From positions 1,302,001 through 1,366,000 of the forward strand of contig NIVC01000038.1 of assembly GCA_002269645.1 (NCBI GenBank): a DNA stretch of 64,000 nt, in the 5' to 3' direction. The notes under the pieces were generated by a model that saw nothing but the letters and a program-made list of their open reading frames with translations, searched no databases and was not told where the DNA came from. Origin of the DNA: Macrostomum lignano. Lineage: Eukaryota. Shown here piece by piece: positions 12,578-25,956 of the stretch; the stretch's first letter is position 1, and every line of letters starts with the position of its first letter. The position numbers and the translations under genes are program-made.

Positions 12578-13588
12578 ATGGCCGAACCGCATCAGCAGAT
12601 GCTGCTGTTCCTGCTTCTCGGGAGCCTGCCGCTAGCTCACGCTGAATGCCGCTCCGCCATCACCAAATACACTGTGCTCAGCGCTAACCACTGCCTGAAC
12701 AAGTCAAAGTCCGTGTGGCAGCTTAGCTCCGGGCGCTCCTCTTCAATGCTCGACTGCTTCGTGTCGAGTCGGTCGTTCCGTCTCGGCAGCGTCGGCCTGG
12801 TGCAGCGGAGCAAGCGAGACGCCTCGTGTGCGCTGTTCCGCTTCGGTGAGGTGTGCCGCCTGCTCAACATGACCTCCACGACACCGTCTGAGGGAGTGGC
12901 CGCTGAGAGCACCTGCGAGACCGTGGTGGACTCGGAGTACGACGCGATCGCTGCGAACGAGCACTTCAGCGCTGTGTGGGTCGGAGACAGGGGACCGGCG
13001 CTGGAGAACCTGGTGTGCGGCTCCGAGGGACAGAGGAACCCCATGAAGTCCAGCGGTGTCTCGTGGACGAACGAAGGCGCTCGCATGGACGGAGTCTCGT
13101 CTCGGCTGTGGGTGGACGACCCCACAGGTCTGGACTTCACGGTGTCCTACACCTGGGTGCTGCACCTGAAGAGAACGCCAGGTTTAGCTAGCTTTCTAGA
13201 ACTGAGCAGCTGCATCGGATCCGGCAGCAAGCTCGACCACCTGCAAGAGTACTCAGTGATGACCGGAGTGAGTCGCGCCCTCTTCCTGAACCCAGGTTAC
13301 TTCGCCAGATTCCAGACCAGCTCGGTGCTACCTGCGGACCCGAACGAGTTCTTCATCGCTGGCGTCTCATTCAGGAGGCAGCAGAACCTGACTCGCTTCT
13401 TCTATGGAGCAAAGTTTCTACCGACTGCCGGCGTCTTCGCTCGGACGAACAGCTTCAACCAAGCCGGAGCCTGCATCTATGTGGGCTGGCGGTATGACGG
13501 CACCTGCATGCTTTATGGTGTGGTCAGAGCCGTGGCGGTTTCTAATACGAATCTGCCGGAAGAAACCATCAATAAAATTTTCTTGTAA
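12578..13588 (+). CDS. Secreted protein: signal peptide, Cys-containing N-terminal (PAN/apple-like?) module, concanavalin-A/LamG-like domain
   Basis: Intronless, GC-rich 336-aa ORF with a hydrophobic leader (MLLFLLLGSLPLAHA). The C-terminus VVRAVAVSNTNLPEETINKIF resembles the LamG-3 terminal strand/helix. Domain calls are by eye. Confidence 0.7.
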   Translation: MAEPHQQMLLFLLLGSLPLAHAECRSAITKYTVLSANHCLNKSKSVWQLSSGRSSSMLDCFVSSRSFRLGSVGLVQRSKRDASCALFRFGEVCRLLNMTSTTPSEGVAAESTCETVVDSEYDAIAANEHFSAVWVGDRGPALENLVCGSEGQRNPMKSSGVSWTNEGARMDGVSSRLWVDDPTGLDFTVSYTWVLHLKRTPGLASFLELSSCIGSGSKLDHLQEYSVMTGVSRALFLNPGYFARFQTSSVLPADPNEFFIAGVSFRRQQNLTRFFYGAKFLPTAGVFARTNSFNQAGACIYVGWRYDGTCMLYGVVRAVAVSNTNLPEETINKIFL

Positions 13589-15157
13589 AACGTCTTTTTA
13601 AATTGATTGTAAAACGTCAGGAATTAACAAAAGGTTATGAACAACTATTTTTTGAAATAAATATCAGTTATACCAACTCCCTCTGGAAAGATCTATAGTT
13701 AATTTTGTTTAAGTTTTCCCGATATTTTTGAATTTTTCATGAGCCCAGGAACGCTTTTTTATCTGTGCTTTTACGAGTATCGATATGAATTTTCTACACA
13801 TTTTAACATCAAACGATCGAGACCGTTCCGTGCAAAAAAATGGCTACTCGTCCCTGGATGCTGTTAATTAAACTTTTTTGAGTACTTCAGTGCACTCTCT
13901 GTTATTGGTACGCTCTTAGACCTATAAATAACTTCTTCAAAATCAGGTTTATTGTTTGACTGCCTTATTGAAGAACCGGTTTATTTTTTCTAGACTTCAA
14001 GCAAGCATAATCCGAAATTATATTTTCAGGATGGAAGCTTCAAAGAGGCTTTTCAGAGTCAAAATTAAAATATGCATTCTATCATCTTGTTGTCAGGGTG
14101 ATTGGGGCCTAAATCAGCTGTGCTTTAATGGAGGAGTTTCAAATTGCTTTCATTCCACAATAGAGTCAAACGATAGAACAGGTAGCTGTCGAAAAGGAAT
14201 TCGGATTAGGGCGCCGCAGGCTGGAACAGCAAGCACAAATTTTCGCATACCCGTGCAGCAACAGGACGTCCGCCTACAACCCGACGTCAATGGACATTGT
14301 TGGCAAAATGATACTTCTATCTTACAACGAACAATAACGACGCCATCCGTCGGCTGATTGTCGCATGATTTAAATCAGATTGCTGTACAGGATACTCTAT
14401 AACCGGATGCACAGTCCCAAAAAGCATGTAATTAAACTATTCTTAAATTTAGTGCTCACACATGCCATTGTTATTATTTCACGACCTAACATTGAGCTAC
14501 AGTAATACAAAATATTCCTATATTCCTATACTATTGTCTTTAGTTGCTTCGTCCAAACTACGTAATTTAACTGCTGAATAAACAATAATTCTATTAAGAG
14601 GCTTGTAACCACTGCTCCAAATAAAAGAGCAACGAAATTTAAATCGAAGTTCCCAAATAAATGGGGCCCTTTTAGTTCACTAATTTAATTGTTGACTTGC
14701 TTCTCCTGAAGCAAGAAAGAACCTAATTTTGCTGAAAGCTTGTATGCATTCATTTAAAGGCCGTATAAACAAATGGGACCGGGAAGCAAAAAGTCCATCT
14801 CGTTGAAAACGATAATGTCGTCAAATTTGCAAATTGACCGACTTATATAGATTCAAAAATGATAATTAGGATATAAAAAACAGCTCTTGGCCATGAAGAT
14901 GTTTACAGCTATCGCCCGTCAGCCTGTCCATGCCCCCGCCCAGAAAGCTATGGGGGGCTTCCCATAATGCTTTGTCTCCCCGCCCCACCCACTTTGTGTA
15001 CCGTTTTGTAAGTCAATAATTTTGCCTCAGGGCCCCAAAATGAGCAATCAACACCGATTCTTAAAATAATATAGGAATTTAATAATGCAGACTTCTCGCC
15101 TCTGTCCAACCATCATAAAATTCATGGCGATGCATAGTCTCGGGTTAGAAAACACCG

Positions 15158-15625
15158 CAGGTCTGGACTTCACGGCGTCCTACACCTGGGTGCTGCACCT
15201 GAAGAGAACTCCAGGAAAGCAGAGCTACATGTCATGGGGCAGTTGCTGCAACGCTAGCAAAGAGGACATTCGATATTTTGAGAAGAATATAAGTCTATGC
15301 TTAAAGTTGATTCCACTAATGAAAATTATCTCCGGATCTGTCCTGCCCGCCAACGCTGACCAATTCTTCACTGTCGGTGTGGTCCGGGACACGGCCGCAG
15401 GCAGGACTCAATTCTTTGTCAAATCGGAATTTTTTCCCGAGGCAGAAAGTTTTTCTGCTTCAAATACGACTGCAAACAGTGGGAAGAGAGTTTCTGCTTG
15501 AAGATCGCCTGGCAAACTCTGACTTTAGGCTGCTCAGCAGAGTCCTCAGGGCTGTCGCCTTGACAAGCCGTGTTCTGACTGAGAGTCAGATCCGGATGCT
15601 TTTCCATGAGCAACTCGAATACTGA
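15158..15625 (+). pseudogene. Partial, frameshifted paralog of the LamG-like domain of 12578-13588
   Basis: GLDFTASYTWVLHLKRTPG, SVLPANADQFF and VLRAVALTSRVLTESQIRMLF match the upstream gene. There is a +1 frameshift near 15485 and no N-terminal half is visible. Confidence 0.7.
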
Positions 15626-16114
15626 GGCATGGACCACTCCAAATGCATGTAGAGAAGGAACCTGTTGTTAATGTTTTAGGTCATAACAAACACAGTCCTT
15701 AATCCGAGGGGAGAGTGGTAGTAGTGGTAGTGGTATGTAAAAGCTAGCTATAAGCTATGTATAATCAAAATAAATAATGTAATAAATATGTTATTGCTAA
15801 TACTTCAGAGTGTCTATGTCGTATCGCGTGACTCAGCGGGTGTACATTGAGTACACTCGCTGTTTTATTTTATCGATTGACTGACAATGCTTCATTGAGC
15901 GTGACTAGTGTGTGCGTTCTTTTAAAACCCTTGTGCTTTTATGCATCAATTATTCTTACGTTCGCTTGTACCAAAAATATAAAAGTCGTCTAGTGAGCTC
16001 AGAGCTCAGTACTTTTTGATTTCTCGCACTAACCACTATAGAGTTGTTTTAGTCTATGCTTACCCTAAAAAGTTTATGAGTTTCTCATTTTCATTCTCAT
16101 GGCCGATTGCTGAC

Positions 16115-16425
16115 GCCGATTCTCATGCACCAGATGGGTTGCTGATGAGGCCGATTCTCATGCACCAGATGGGTTGCTGATGAGGCCGATTCTCATGCAC
16201 CAGATGGGTTGCTGAGGCCGATTCTCATGCACCAGATGGGTTGCTGATGAGGCCGATTCTCATGCACCAGATGGGTTGCTGATGAGGCCGATTCTCATGC
16301 ACCAGATGGGTTGCTGAGGCCGATTCTCATGCACCAGATGGGTTGCTGATGAGGCCGATTCTCATGCACCAGATGAGTGCTGAGGCCGATTCTCATGCAC
16401 CAGATGAGTGCTGAGGCCGATTCTA
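16115..16425. repeat. 32-35-bp minisatellite (GCCGATTCTCATGCACCAGATGGGTTGCTGATGAG)
   Basis: Directly visible. Confidence 0.9.
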
Positions 16426-16544
16426 ATCCGGCCTGCTCAGGGTTTGTTTCTCTGCTCAGCCCTCTTCTCTCCTCTCGCTTCTCTCCCATCTCACGTCTCT
16501 CCCTTATCTCCTCTTTCTTCTCTCTCCTCTCTCCTGAGAAACAG

Positions 16545-19150
16545 CAGATAGAGGGTTAAATACAGCGGATTGAGGGTGAGACACAGCAGATAGAGGGTCA
16601 GACACAGCGGATTGAGGGTCAGACACAGCGGATTGAGGGTGAGACACAGCGGATTGAGGGTGAGACACAGCGGATTGAGGGTCAGACACAGCGGATTGAG
16701 GGTGAGACACAGCGGATTGAGGGTGAGACACAGCGGATTGAGGGTGAGACACAGCGGATTGAGGGTGAGACACAGCGGATTGAGGGTGAGACACAGCGGA
16801 TTGAGGGTCAGACACAGCGGATTGAGGGTGAGACACAGCGGATTGAGGGTCAGACACAGCGGATTGAGGGTGAGACACAGCGGATTGAGGGTCAGACACA
16901 GCGGATTGAGGGTGAGACACAGCGGATTGAGGGTGAGACACAGCGGATTGAGGGTGAGACACAGCGGATTGAGGGTGAGACACAGCGGATTGAGGGTCAG
17001 ACACAGCGGATTGAGGGTGAGACACAGCGGATTGAGGGTGAGACACAGCGGATTGAGGGTCAGACACAGCGGATTGAGGGTGAGACACAGCGGATTGAGG
17101 GTGAGACACAGCGGATTGAGGGTGAGACACAGCGGATTGAGGGTGAGACACAGCGGATTGAGGGTGAGACACAGCGGATTGAGGGTGAGACACAGCGGAT
17201 TGAGGGTGAGACACAGCGGATTGAGGGTGAGACACAGCGGATTGAGGGTGAGACACAGCGGATTGAGGGTCAGACACAGCGGATTGAGGGTGAGACACAG
17301 CGGATTGAGGGTGAGACACAGCGGATTGAGGGTGAGACATAGCGGATTGAGGGTGAGACACAGCGGATTGAGGGTCAGACACAGCGGATTGAGGGTGAGA
17401 CACAGCGGATTGAGGGTGAGACACAGCGGATTGAGGGTCAGACACAGCGGATTGAGGGTGAGACACAGCGGATTGAGGTTGAGACACAGCGGATTGAGGG
17501 TGAGACACAGCGGATTGAGGGTGAGACACAGCGGATTGAGGGTGAGACACAGCGGATTGAGGGTGAGACACAGCGGATTGAGGGTGAGACACAGCGGATT
17601 GAGGGTGAGACACAGCGGATTGAGGGTGAGACACAGCGGATTGAGGGTCAGACACAGCGGATTGAGGGTGAGACACAGCGGATTGAGGGTCAGACACAGC
17701 GGATTGAGGGTGAGACACAGCGGATTGAGGGTGAGACACAGCGGATTGAGGGTCAGACACAGCGGATTGAGGGTGAGACACAGCGGATTGAGGGTCAGAC
17801 ACAGCGGATTGAGGGTGAGACACAGCGGATTGAGGGTGAGACACAGCGGATTGAGGGTGAGACACAGCGGATTGAGGGTGAGACACAGCGGATTGAGGGT
17901 CAGACACAGCGGATTGAGGGTGAGACACAGCGGATTGAGGGTGAGACACAGCGGATTGAGGGTGAGACACAGCGGATTGAGGGTAAGACACAGCGGATTG
18001 AGGGTGAGACACAGCGGATTGAGGGTGAGACACAGCGGATTGAGGGTGAGACACAGCGGATTGAGGGTGAGACACAGCGGATTGAGGGTGAGACACAGCG
18101 GATTGAGGGTGAGACACAGCGGATTGAGGGTGAGACACAGCGGATTGAGGGTGAGACACAGCGGATTGAGGGTGAGACACAGCGGATTGAGGGTCAGACA
18201 CAGCGGATTGAGGGTGAGACACAGCGGATTGAGGGTGAGACACAGCGGATTGAGGGTGAGACACAGCGGATTGAGGGTGAGACACAGCGGATTGAGGGTC
18301 AGACACAGCGGATTGAGGGTGAGACACAGCGGATTGAGGGTCAGACACAGCGGATTGAGGGTGAGACACAGCGGATTGAGGGTGAGACACAGCGGATTGA
18401 GGGTCAGACACAGCGGATTGAGGGTGAGACACAGCGGATTGAGGGTCAGACACAGCGGATTGAGGGTGAGACACAGCGGATTGAGGGTCAGACACAGCGG
18501 ATTGAGGGTGAGACACAGCGGATTGAGGGTGAGACACAGCGGATTGAGGGTGAGACACAGCGGATTGAGGGTGAGACACAGCGGATTGAGGGTGAGACAC
18601 AGCGGATTGAGGGTGAGACACAGCGGATTGAGGGTGAGACACAGCGGATTGAGGGTGAGACACAGCGGATTGAGGGTGAGACACAGCGGATTGAGGGTCA
18701 GACACAGCGGATTGAGGGTGAGACACAGCGGATTGAGGGTGAGACACAGCGGATTGAGGGTCAGACACAGCGGATTGAGGGTGAGACACAGCGGATTGAG
18801 GGTCAGACACAGCGGATTGAGGGTGAGACACAGCGGATTGAGGGTCAGACACAGCGGATTGAGGGTGAGACACAGCGGATTGAGGGTGAGACACAGCGGA
18901 TTGAGGGTGAGACACAGCGGGTGGAGGGTCAGACACAGCGGGTGGAGGGTCAGACACAGCGGGTGGAGGGTCAGACACAGCGGATTGAGGGTCAGACACA
19001 GCGGATTGAGGGTGAGACACAGCGGATTGAGGGTCAGACACAGCGGGTGGAGGGTCAGACACAGCGGATTGAGGGTCAGACACAGCGGGTGGAGGGTCAG
19101 ACACAGCGGATTGAGGGTCAGACACAGCGGATTGAGGGTGAGACACAGCG
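16545..19150. repeat. Highly homogeneous 21-bp minisatellite (GACACAGCGGATTGAGGGTGA/CA)
   Basis: Directly visible. It explains the 880-aa and 853-aa ORFs. Confidence 0.97.
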
Positions 19151-19169
19151 CTTCTCTAATCAGTCCTAA

Positions 19170-19480
19170 CTAAGATTAGTCGTCGACTTGCTCGATGTCA
19201 TCTGGTCAAGTTGGGGCATCTTGAAGAGCCTTACAACCGAAAATGGACCCCTGCAGTTGGCCACGAGTTTGATGACTGCCTGGCGAGCCGGGAGATCCAT
19301 CACAAGCAACTGTCGATCCAAACTGCACTCTCGACGAGGACGAGATGATGCACTCGCGGTCACCGGATGGAGCTTCTGCATGGTGATCCGAACAGAATTG
19401 TCGTGGTCTACAGGGTGACCGAAACTCAACCTGGCTCGCATTCCGACCTGACTCGTAAGCCAAGCAGCCGATATGTCGGC
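19170..19480 (-). mobile_element. Possible decayed LTR-retrotransposon integrase C-terminal fragment
   Basis: Translation QLLVMDLPARQAVIKLVANCRGPFSVVRL resembles the Gypsy GPY/F region. The similarity is weak. Confidence 0.3.
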
Positions 19481-20129
19481 TCTTGACCGGGTCGGAGCGG
19501 CAAATTAAGCAGCGATCAAAGCGCCGAGGCGACACGCATCGGCGACAAGACCGCGATTCCTTCTTATATTACGAGTTATTACAGTACAAAAATATTCGAG
19601 AAAAGAGATGAGATAGAAAATAAGATAAGAGAGGGAGAGAAATTAAGAGAGAAGAGAAGAGCGAGGAGAGACAACAAGAGAGAGGAGAGGAGACGAGAGA
19701 GGAGAGGAGACGAGAGAGGAGAGAGGAGAGAACTTGCCTTGAGCGGGCCGGATTGCTTTTGTAAAGTCTCAAAGACCCAAGGGCCGGATTGAGAGGCTTC
19801 GGGGCCGTAGTTTGCAGACCCCTGATATACGCGCTAGTAATAAATAGAAACAATCAAAGCTCAACGCAGAAGAGAGCAGGCAAGGCTGCATTGTTCATAT
19901 TGACAATTCCTTTTGTGCGGTTAAGAACGCAAATAAACTGTTGCATGGCTTGCCAGCCTTTCTACTGAGAAGGAATCGAAGCTTTCCAGACTTTTATATT
20001 TTCAAAAACAAGCTTTCAAAAAAATGAAACGTTTCTGAGATTGGCGACACTTTAAAAATTTTTAAACATTGGTCACCAGCAAAAGTTTGAGGGGCTTCAC
20101 AGTTGCCATAGAAACGGACAATTTTTGCT

Positions 20130-22284
20130 TCAGTCTGGAGACCCCTCGGACTCCGAGCCGGTCGTTCCGCCGCGGCAGCGCTGCGCCAGGATGTAGAAAA
20201 ACTCGAGCAGCTCGAACGTGCTGACAACGCTGATTCCCATCCAGAGCCCCAGAGTTCCTCCGACCTGTGGGATTTCAACGGCACCAACCAATCATTGATC
20301 GAGCATGCGAAACTCGAAATAGCGTCAAACATCGCGTTTGATAAATAGACAGTCCTTGATGCAGTATTATTTGCTAAAACATTAAAGTTACTTGAGAATT
20401 AGTTGGTTTGATAAGCTCCCGAGACAACTACTTTGACTGCAATGTTGATTAGCAGGAACACTCTCCGCATTTCTAAGGCCAATGTGTGAAATGCCTCACC
20501 TCGGACAGAGCTTCAGTCCAGTGGTAGCCGGCCTTCTCTTTGTAAACGTCAGCTGCCGGGCTCTGCAAGCTGATGCTGACTGATGCCAGGGTGTCAGCCA
20601 AAGTTTTTTGGTAGATGCAGTAGGACATGTTTTTCAGATGCTGCAGCATCAAAGAAATGTTGCATTCGTAATAATAACTCCTGGTGGAATTTCTGCAGAA
20701 GAAGCTAAAGCAGTTATGGTCTTGCGTAAGAAACATCAAAATTTGCCCTAATTGTCGAGATTGATTCATATTCCTATAGATATGATGCACTTTGCCATCC
20801 TCGGGCAGGAACTCGACTCCATGTCTGTATTGCGGCGGCATCATCAGGTTCTCCCAGATCTCTTGAACGGCGCTGAACGGGGGCCACCTGCGGCTCTGCT
20901 GCCAAGGCCGTTGCTGAGTGAACTGGCACCACATCCGGTGCTGGAACTCCTTCGCCAGCTCCTCGCTTTTCCTCTGTGCGTGCTCGAGCCAGATGTCATG
21001 GCAGTCAATTCTCTTGAGCACAGCATCCGATGGGGTGATCCACTCCTGCGGTGGAGCGAAGTAGCACAGGTCGCTCGTATTTACCGAGAATGGGAGCAGG
21101 TGCGAGTAGCAGCCGCAGTTGCTGTGCAGGATGCTCTGCTGTGCCTCGACTACGAAATCGGAGACGGACTTTGAGTAGGCCTTGGTGACCACGTTCAGCG
21201 AGGCGTTGGAGAAGTGCCTGACATAGTTGATGGTTTCGATTGGAGGCTCAGAGCATCTGCGGCTCGGCGTCGACTTGAGTCGGTTGTGGATCGGCCTGAG
21301 TTTGATGGAGGTGCTGCTGGCTGAGGCCACGTCCACGAACTCCGTCTCTGCGGTTTGGCATGGATTTTCCAGTGTCCGTTATCACGTAACTATTTTCTAT
21401 AAATTTTCCAATAAATGTTCAAATAACTCAAATAAGATCTCCATTAAATGATACGTACGGCTCATCGGGTAGCTGTGCGCCTCGTGAATAAAAAGTCGCA
21501 GTCCTTTCGACTGAGGATAACTGCTTTTCAGCAACCTGTTCGTCGCGCCTTGACGCGCAATTAGTCGCTTGAAGCAGACTCCCACAGAATCGGAATTTAG
21601 GAAGTCATTACGAGGCTTAGAGGACACAGTGTAGCCATCGGTGAAGAGCACCATGTCCAGCTCGGCTCCCCTGCCCCCAGGACCGCTGGACGACTGCCCC
21701 GGGTCCGGGTGGAACGTGTAGCAGCTCCAGAACCGGCTGGTCTGGACAAGCGAGAAGTTCTTGTGACTGCACGGCTCGCTGTTGTAGCGGCAGCTCAGCA
21801 GCATGGTCTCATCGAGGTGGGAGACGTCTCTGGTGTCGCCTGACACCCACATCACGTCCAGGAGCTTCTTGCACACCGTCTCAAGTCGGTTTTCGTAGCC
21901 TTCATCCGATTCTTGCGGGCGCTTCTTGGTGTCCTCCTGGAACCAGTTGTCGAATTTACCCCAATATTTTTTCAAGTAGTCGTGATAAACTTCAAACCGA
22001 GTCAAAGATGAAGAAGCGGGCTTAAAGTTGCAAATTGTGACGTCGGGAAACTGGGCTCGTTCGCTCCTCAGCTTCAGCTGCGACTCAACGGAGCGATCGG
22101 TGAACTTCTGCACCAACTTGGCCAGGTGGACGGTGCAGCCGATCAGAGCAGCTACGAACAGAAGCAGCCAGAAGAGCCGTCGAGCTGTGCTTCTGGACAG
22201 GAATATGTGCAGCAAGCCGTGGGTTCTCGTGATGCCAGCCACCTCCTGGGCGGCATCGGTCACCGTGCGGAGTCGGGCTCGCAT
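20130..22284 (-). CDS. DEG/ENaC family sodium channel (FaNaC-like), paralog 2, intact, ~602 aa
   Basis: Exons 22284-21459, 21347-20500 and 20264-20130, with GT/AG at the same positions and phases as paralogs 1 and 3. TM2 is GGTLGLWMGISVVSTFE. Confidence 0.93.
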
Positions 22285-24950
22285 TTTTCTCTTTGGTTTT
22301 TAAAGCAGCCTGCTCAAAAACCCAGATGTTCGTAGCAATTAGTACTGATAAGATCAAACTTGTTTGTAGTTAGCTTAGTCTACGCGTGGCGCGAGCTAAA
22401 GTGTATGGACCGTTTTCTTTAAATGCATCGGGGTAAAAAGAACTGGCGGTAGCCATAGACATGTTGCATAGTCAATCGAGTCAATAAATTTCATCCTGTG
22501 CCTCTCTGCTTCTCTCTGGCGGCAGCGCTGAGGATGTCTTTGGTCTAAAGTTTCCTGACTTAGTTCAGGTCCAATTCAAGTGGTGCTGACTGATTATTTG
22601 TCTAAGAGTTCTTGACATGTCGGGCTGGTTTCGTCTTGTTGCTTTTAACAGCAATGGCTGGTCGACTTGATGTCTCTGCTCACTGACTCTTGACTCTTTT
22701 CTCAGGGTCTGAGAGTCGAGAAGAGTCTGAGCCAACTCGGCATTCCTGCGACACCGATCTTCTGACTGTATGTGCAGTCAACAACTACAACAATGCAGGC
22801 TGACGAATTTATTAAATTATTCGAGCGTAAAAACTGCGTCACATTGTGCCCCAACAGAAACGCCGAGTGCGCTCCAGCTGGTGACGTAGCCAGCATTTTC
22901 TTCCGGAGGGAGGCGTCTTGTGTCGGAGCCACAACACCCTGCATGGTCAATGACATTGTCGCATAATCCCGAAAAGATTCGGAAAAAGGTTGGGGTAGCA
23001 GTCCCATTCCCAGGCAGTTTCCAGTCGCTAAGCCAAATATTTGAGGGTCACGAAAACCCCATGGAAAGATTTTAGCGCCAACTAGCAATCTGCGCCACCC
23101 TTGCTGGGAGGAAAAAAGAATGTAATTTTTTTGAATAAACTACATGTTACTTTTGAACTTACAATAGTAACAAAAACAAAAAACTGTGCTTTTTAGTGAG
23201 ACCAAAAAAACAATAAACTGAAGTACTGAAACAATATTTAAACAAAGATATATTTATTGAAATGAAATGACTAACTGTTTACAACCATCAGCTTTATTTG
23301 ATAAACGTTAATACTTAATAGGATTTATTACTTTATAAACCAGCAGACTGTCGTTTCAGCAGATGGTGTCATCTGCAAGCTCAGCCAGTTTAGCAAAGTG
23401 CCCTGCCAGGTGGAGTCGCCTACGGCGTGACAGGTTGATTGGACTAGCCGGCCTGGCACGGTGATTCATTCATCGCGATCGCCGAGATCGCCATGCAGCT
23501 TAAGCCAAGAACACCGTCAAGAAATGCCGTTTTCGACGGTATGTAAAGCATGCAGTTTGCAGCACCGAGTTTAGCACCAGAACAAACACGAACAGCGAGA
23601 ACGTATCTCTCTGGAGCACAACAGAATGTCTCGAGGCCGATTGAGGCCATCTGGAATTGACACAGAAGTTTTCTGGCCCGAGTACAACGGCATGATGGCG
23701 GAAATCAGCTGCTCTGGCACGTTGTTTACATGCAGGACACCCCATTTCAGTCGACGTCTAGTTGATTGTCATGAATGTGTTATTATGACTGTGTGTACTT
23801 TGCTAGTTTGCTACGCCGGGCCAGTCGGCCGTCCTCTCCCCCCTCCTTAGATATTTTCTGACTCACCCACCTGCACTTCTGCGCGTGCGTACCCCCCTCC
23901 CTGCCTAGGCCTTTTCCGTTTAGTCAACCCCCCCCCCTTGCTCTGTGTGCGCCCCGTGTGACCCCGCCCCATTCTTTTGTTAGCTTTGCTGCCCCGCCCC
24001 TGTTTGTGATTGGCTGCCAGTCCCAGTCTGCCGTGCTGCGCCCCGGCGATTGGCTGGTACGGCTCATGTTTTTCCTATGCTGATGTCTAAGCCCCCTTTT
24101 CTGCCTTTATCCCGCACCCTCAACCCCCAGTTTGCTGCCTATTTATTCGGACCCCCTTGAGAGCCCATTCTCGTCGTCTTCGTGGCTCCCCGGGGATTGT
24201 GCCAGCGTTAATTGCGATACAAATACAATTAAAAGAATATCGATCAATACTACGAGTACCACTGCTCTGACGGCGCTGTGTCTTGTTGTACGACCGAAAT
24301 CGCGGCTGGTAAGCCTTCCAATTTGCAATTCATTTGGGTCTGCCTCTGTACTAGGCACCTTAGGGGGATTAAGTGCGTCGTATGCCGGTCCCACCCCAAG
24401 CAGCTCTGCGTCGTACGCGAGTCTGTAGGCTGTCGTGCGTCGTACGCTCGAGCAGCCTAGTCCCGACGGACACCGCGTCGTACGCGTGTCGGTGGAGGAC
24501 CGCAGCCAGGGTCAGTACGCGAACCCGGGTCTGGGAAAGGGGCACGAAAGGACCGAGCCCTTGAGCCCCATCACCGCATGATCTTCCTGGATTTCATTTT
24601 CGTTTGAATTCAATCTCTTTGTTGATTTTTTTAATGATGCTGCTGTTTTGGAGGCCTGATCCTGTGCTCAAGTTGGAGAATGAAAGCTGAAGAGACTCAA
24701 GAGTACACGAAGCGAGAGGTAAATAAATATTTCAATGGCAATGTTGTACTTGTAAGTTACTCCCAGAACGCACATACGAGCGTACACAACGCAATGCAAA
24801 GCCCTATAAAGTCTGACTTGCCTCGAGTCAATCTATTCTATCTATGGTTTTGACCACTTTCAACGAGTTAGGACTGCAATCCACAATGTAGCATAAGACG
24901 TACATAACAAAATGCTTAACAAGGTCAGATGTTTAGTGATTTATAATATA

Positions 24951-25602
24951 CTTTTTTGCGATTGAATTCGTCCAAACTGCAAAACCTTTCGTCCACAAAT
25001 GCTTTCTTAATGGGAGCTAAATTTAGATCATACCATAGACAACTGTGTTCACGCAAAACGGCTCATCCAGTCTGTAAAACATCTCGTCTATACCCTACGT
25101 CCAAACAGCTAACAGCTAAACGGAGCGACCTTATTTGATATCACGAGATATTGAACAAAGCAAAAACAGTGTCTCTTGTTAGAATGTTAGTTCAAAATGT
25201 CTTCGTAGTCCAAACAGCGGGCGTAGTAACCCACCGTGTGATTGGTCCATTGCTGGCACTTCTCCTGTGTAATCACGTGCAGTGCAGCTTCGACCTCTCT
25301 CTTCAAAATGTGCATCCGCCAGGCCTCGGTTCATCTTCGACTGTTTTGCCGGGTTCAGAATGGAAGATATGCGTTGCTGTAGCTGTAGTGGTAGCAAAAG
25401 CGAACTGTCAATTGGGTGTTAACTATGGTAGGAACAGTACACTCGGTCGGTCTCAAGTCTAGGGGACGAAATGTTTTACAAACTGGATGAACCGTTTTGC
25501 GTGATCACAGTTGTCTATGGTATAATCTAAGTTTAGCTCCCATTAAGAAAGCATTTGTGGACGAAAGGTTTTGCAGTTTGGACGAATTCAATCGCAAAAA
25601 AG
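24951..25602. mobile_element. MITE with ~140-bp TIRs, TA-flanked (Tc1/mariner-like)
   Basis: CTTTTTTGCGATTGAATTCGTCCAAACTGC... at 24951 is mirrored by ...GCAGTTTGGACGAATTCAATCGCAAAAAAG ending at 25602. TA lies on both sides. Confidence 0.85.
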
Positions 25603-25956
25603 TATATTACTGTTTTTATAATATCGTGCAATTACTTCGTGGATTGCAGCCAGATGGTATAATCTAAAAGTAAAAAAACTCAAAAAGCAACTTGAGGTCG
25701 TAAATTAACATTCGAAAAAAACAATTACTTACAAAAACTGATAAAAAATATTTTTCCTCAGATCTGCTACTGACATCCGCCGCCGTAGTAGCCAAAGCTG
25801 CGCCTTTGTCGGCAATTAACTTGGGCTCACCAGCAGCTGTAGCAGGCGCTGAGTTCCCACCAGCTCGAGTGGATAAATGCCGACTCGCAATGCCTGCTCA
25901 AATTTGCAACTCAAAGTGGCCGCTCCAATCAGCGACTCCCATTGGCGACTCAGCAA

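Noticed and set aside
13700-14030. Weak resemblance to the Helitron-family 5' region (CAAGCAAGCA motif)
   Set aside because: No TC terminus or matching 3' end found; the similarity is too short.
16115-16425. Hammerhead ribozyme, because each unit contains CTGATGA
   Set aside because: There is no stem II followed by GAAA and no cleavage-triplet arrangement.
8898-19150. CRISPR-like appearance of the 21-47-bp arrays
   Set aside because: The units are contiguous with no unique spacers, there are no cas genes, and the context is eukaryotic.
16504-19173. 880-aa and 853-aa ORFs, plus similar ORFs at 200-655, 1077-2517, 3795-4325, 5180-5851, 11514-12153 and 48037-49730
   Set aside because: These are translations of stop-free minisatellites, open in several frames or strands, with no independent coding evidence.
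22702-24600. Short ORFs, including the 83-aa hydrophobic ORF at 24143-24394 and repeated GCGTACGACGC words
   Set aside because: No recognisable domain, termini or splice-consistent model. Possibly decayed element sequence, but not supportable.
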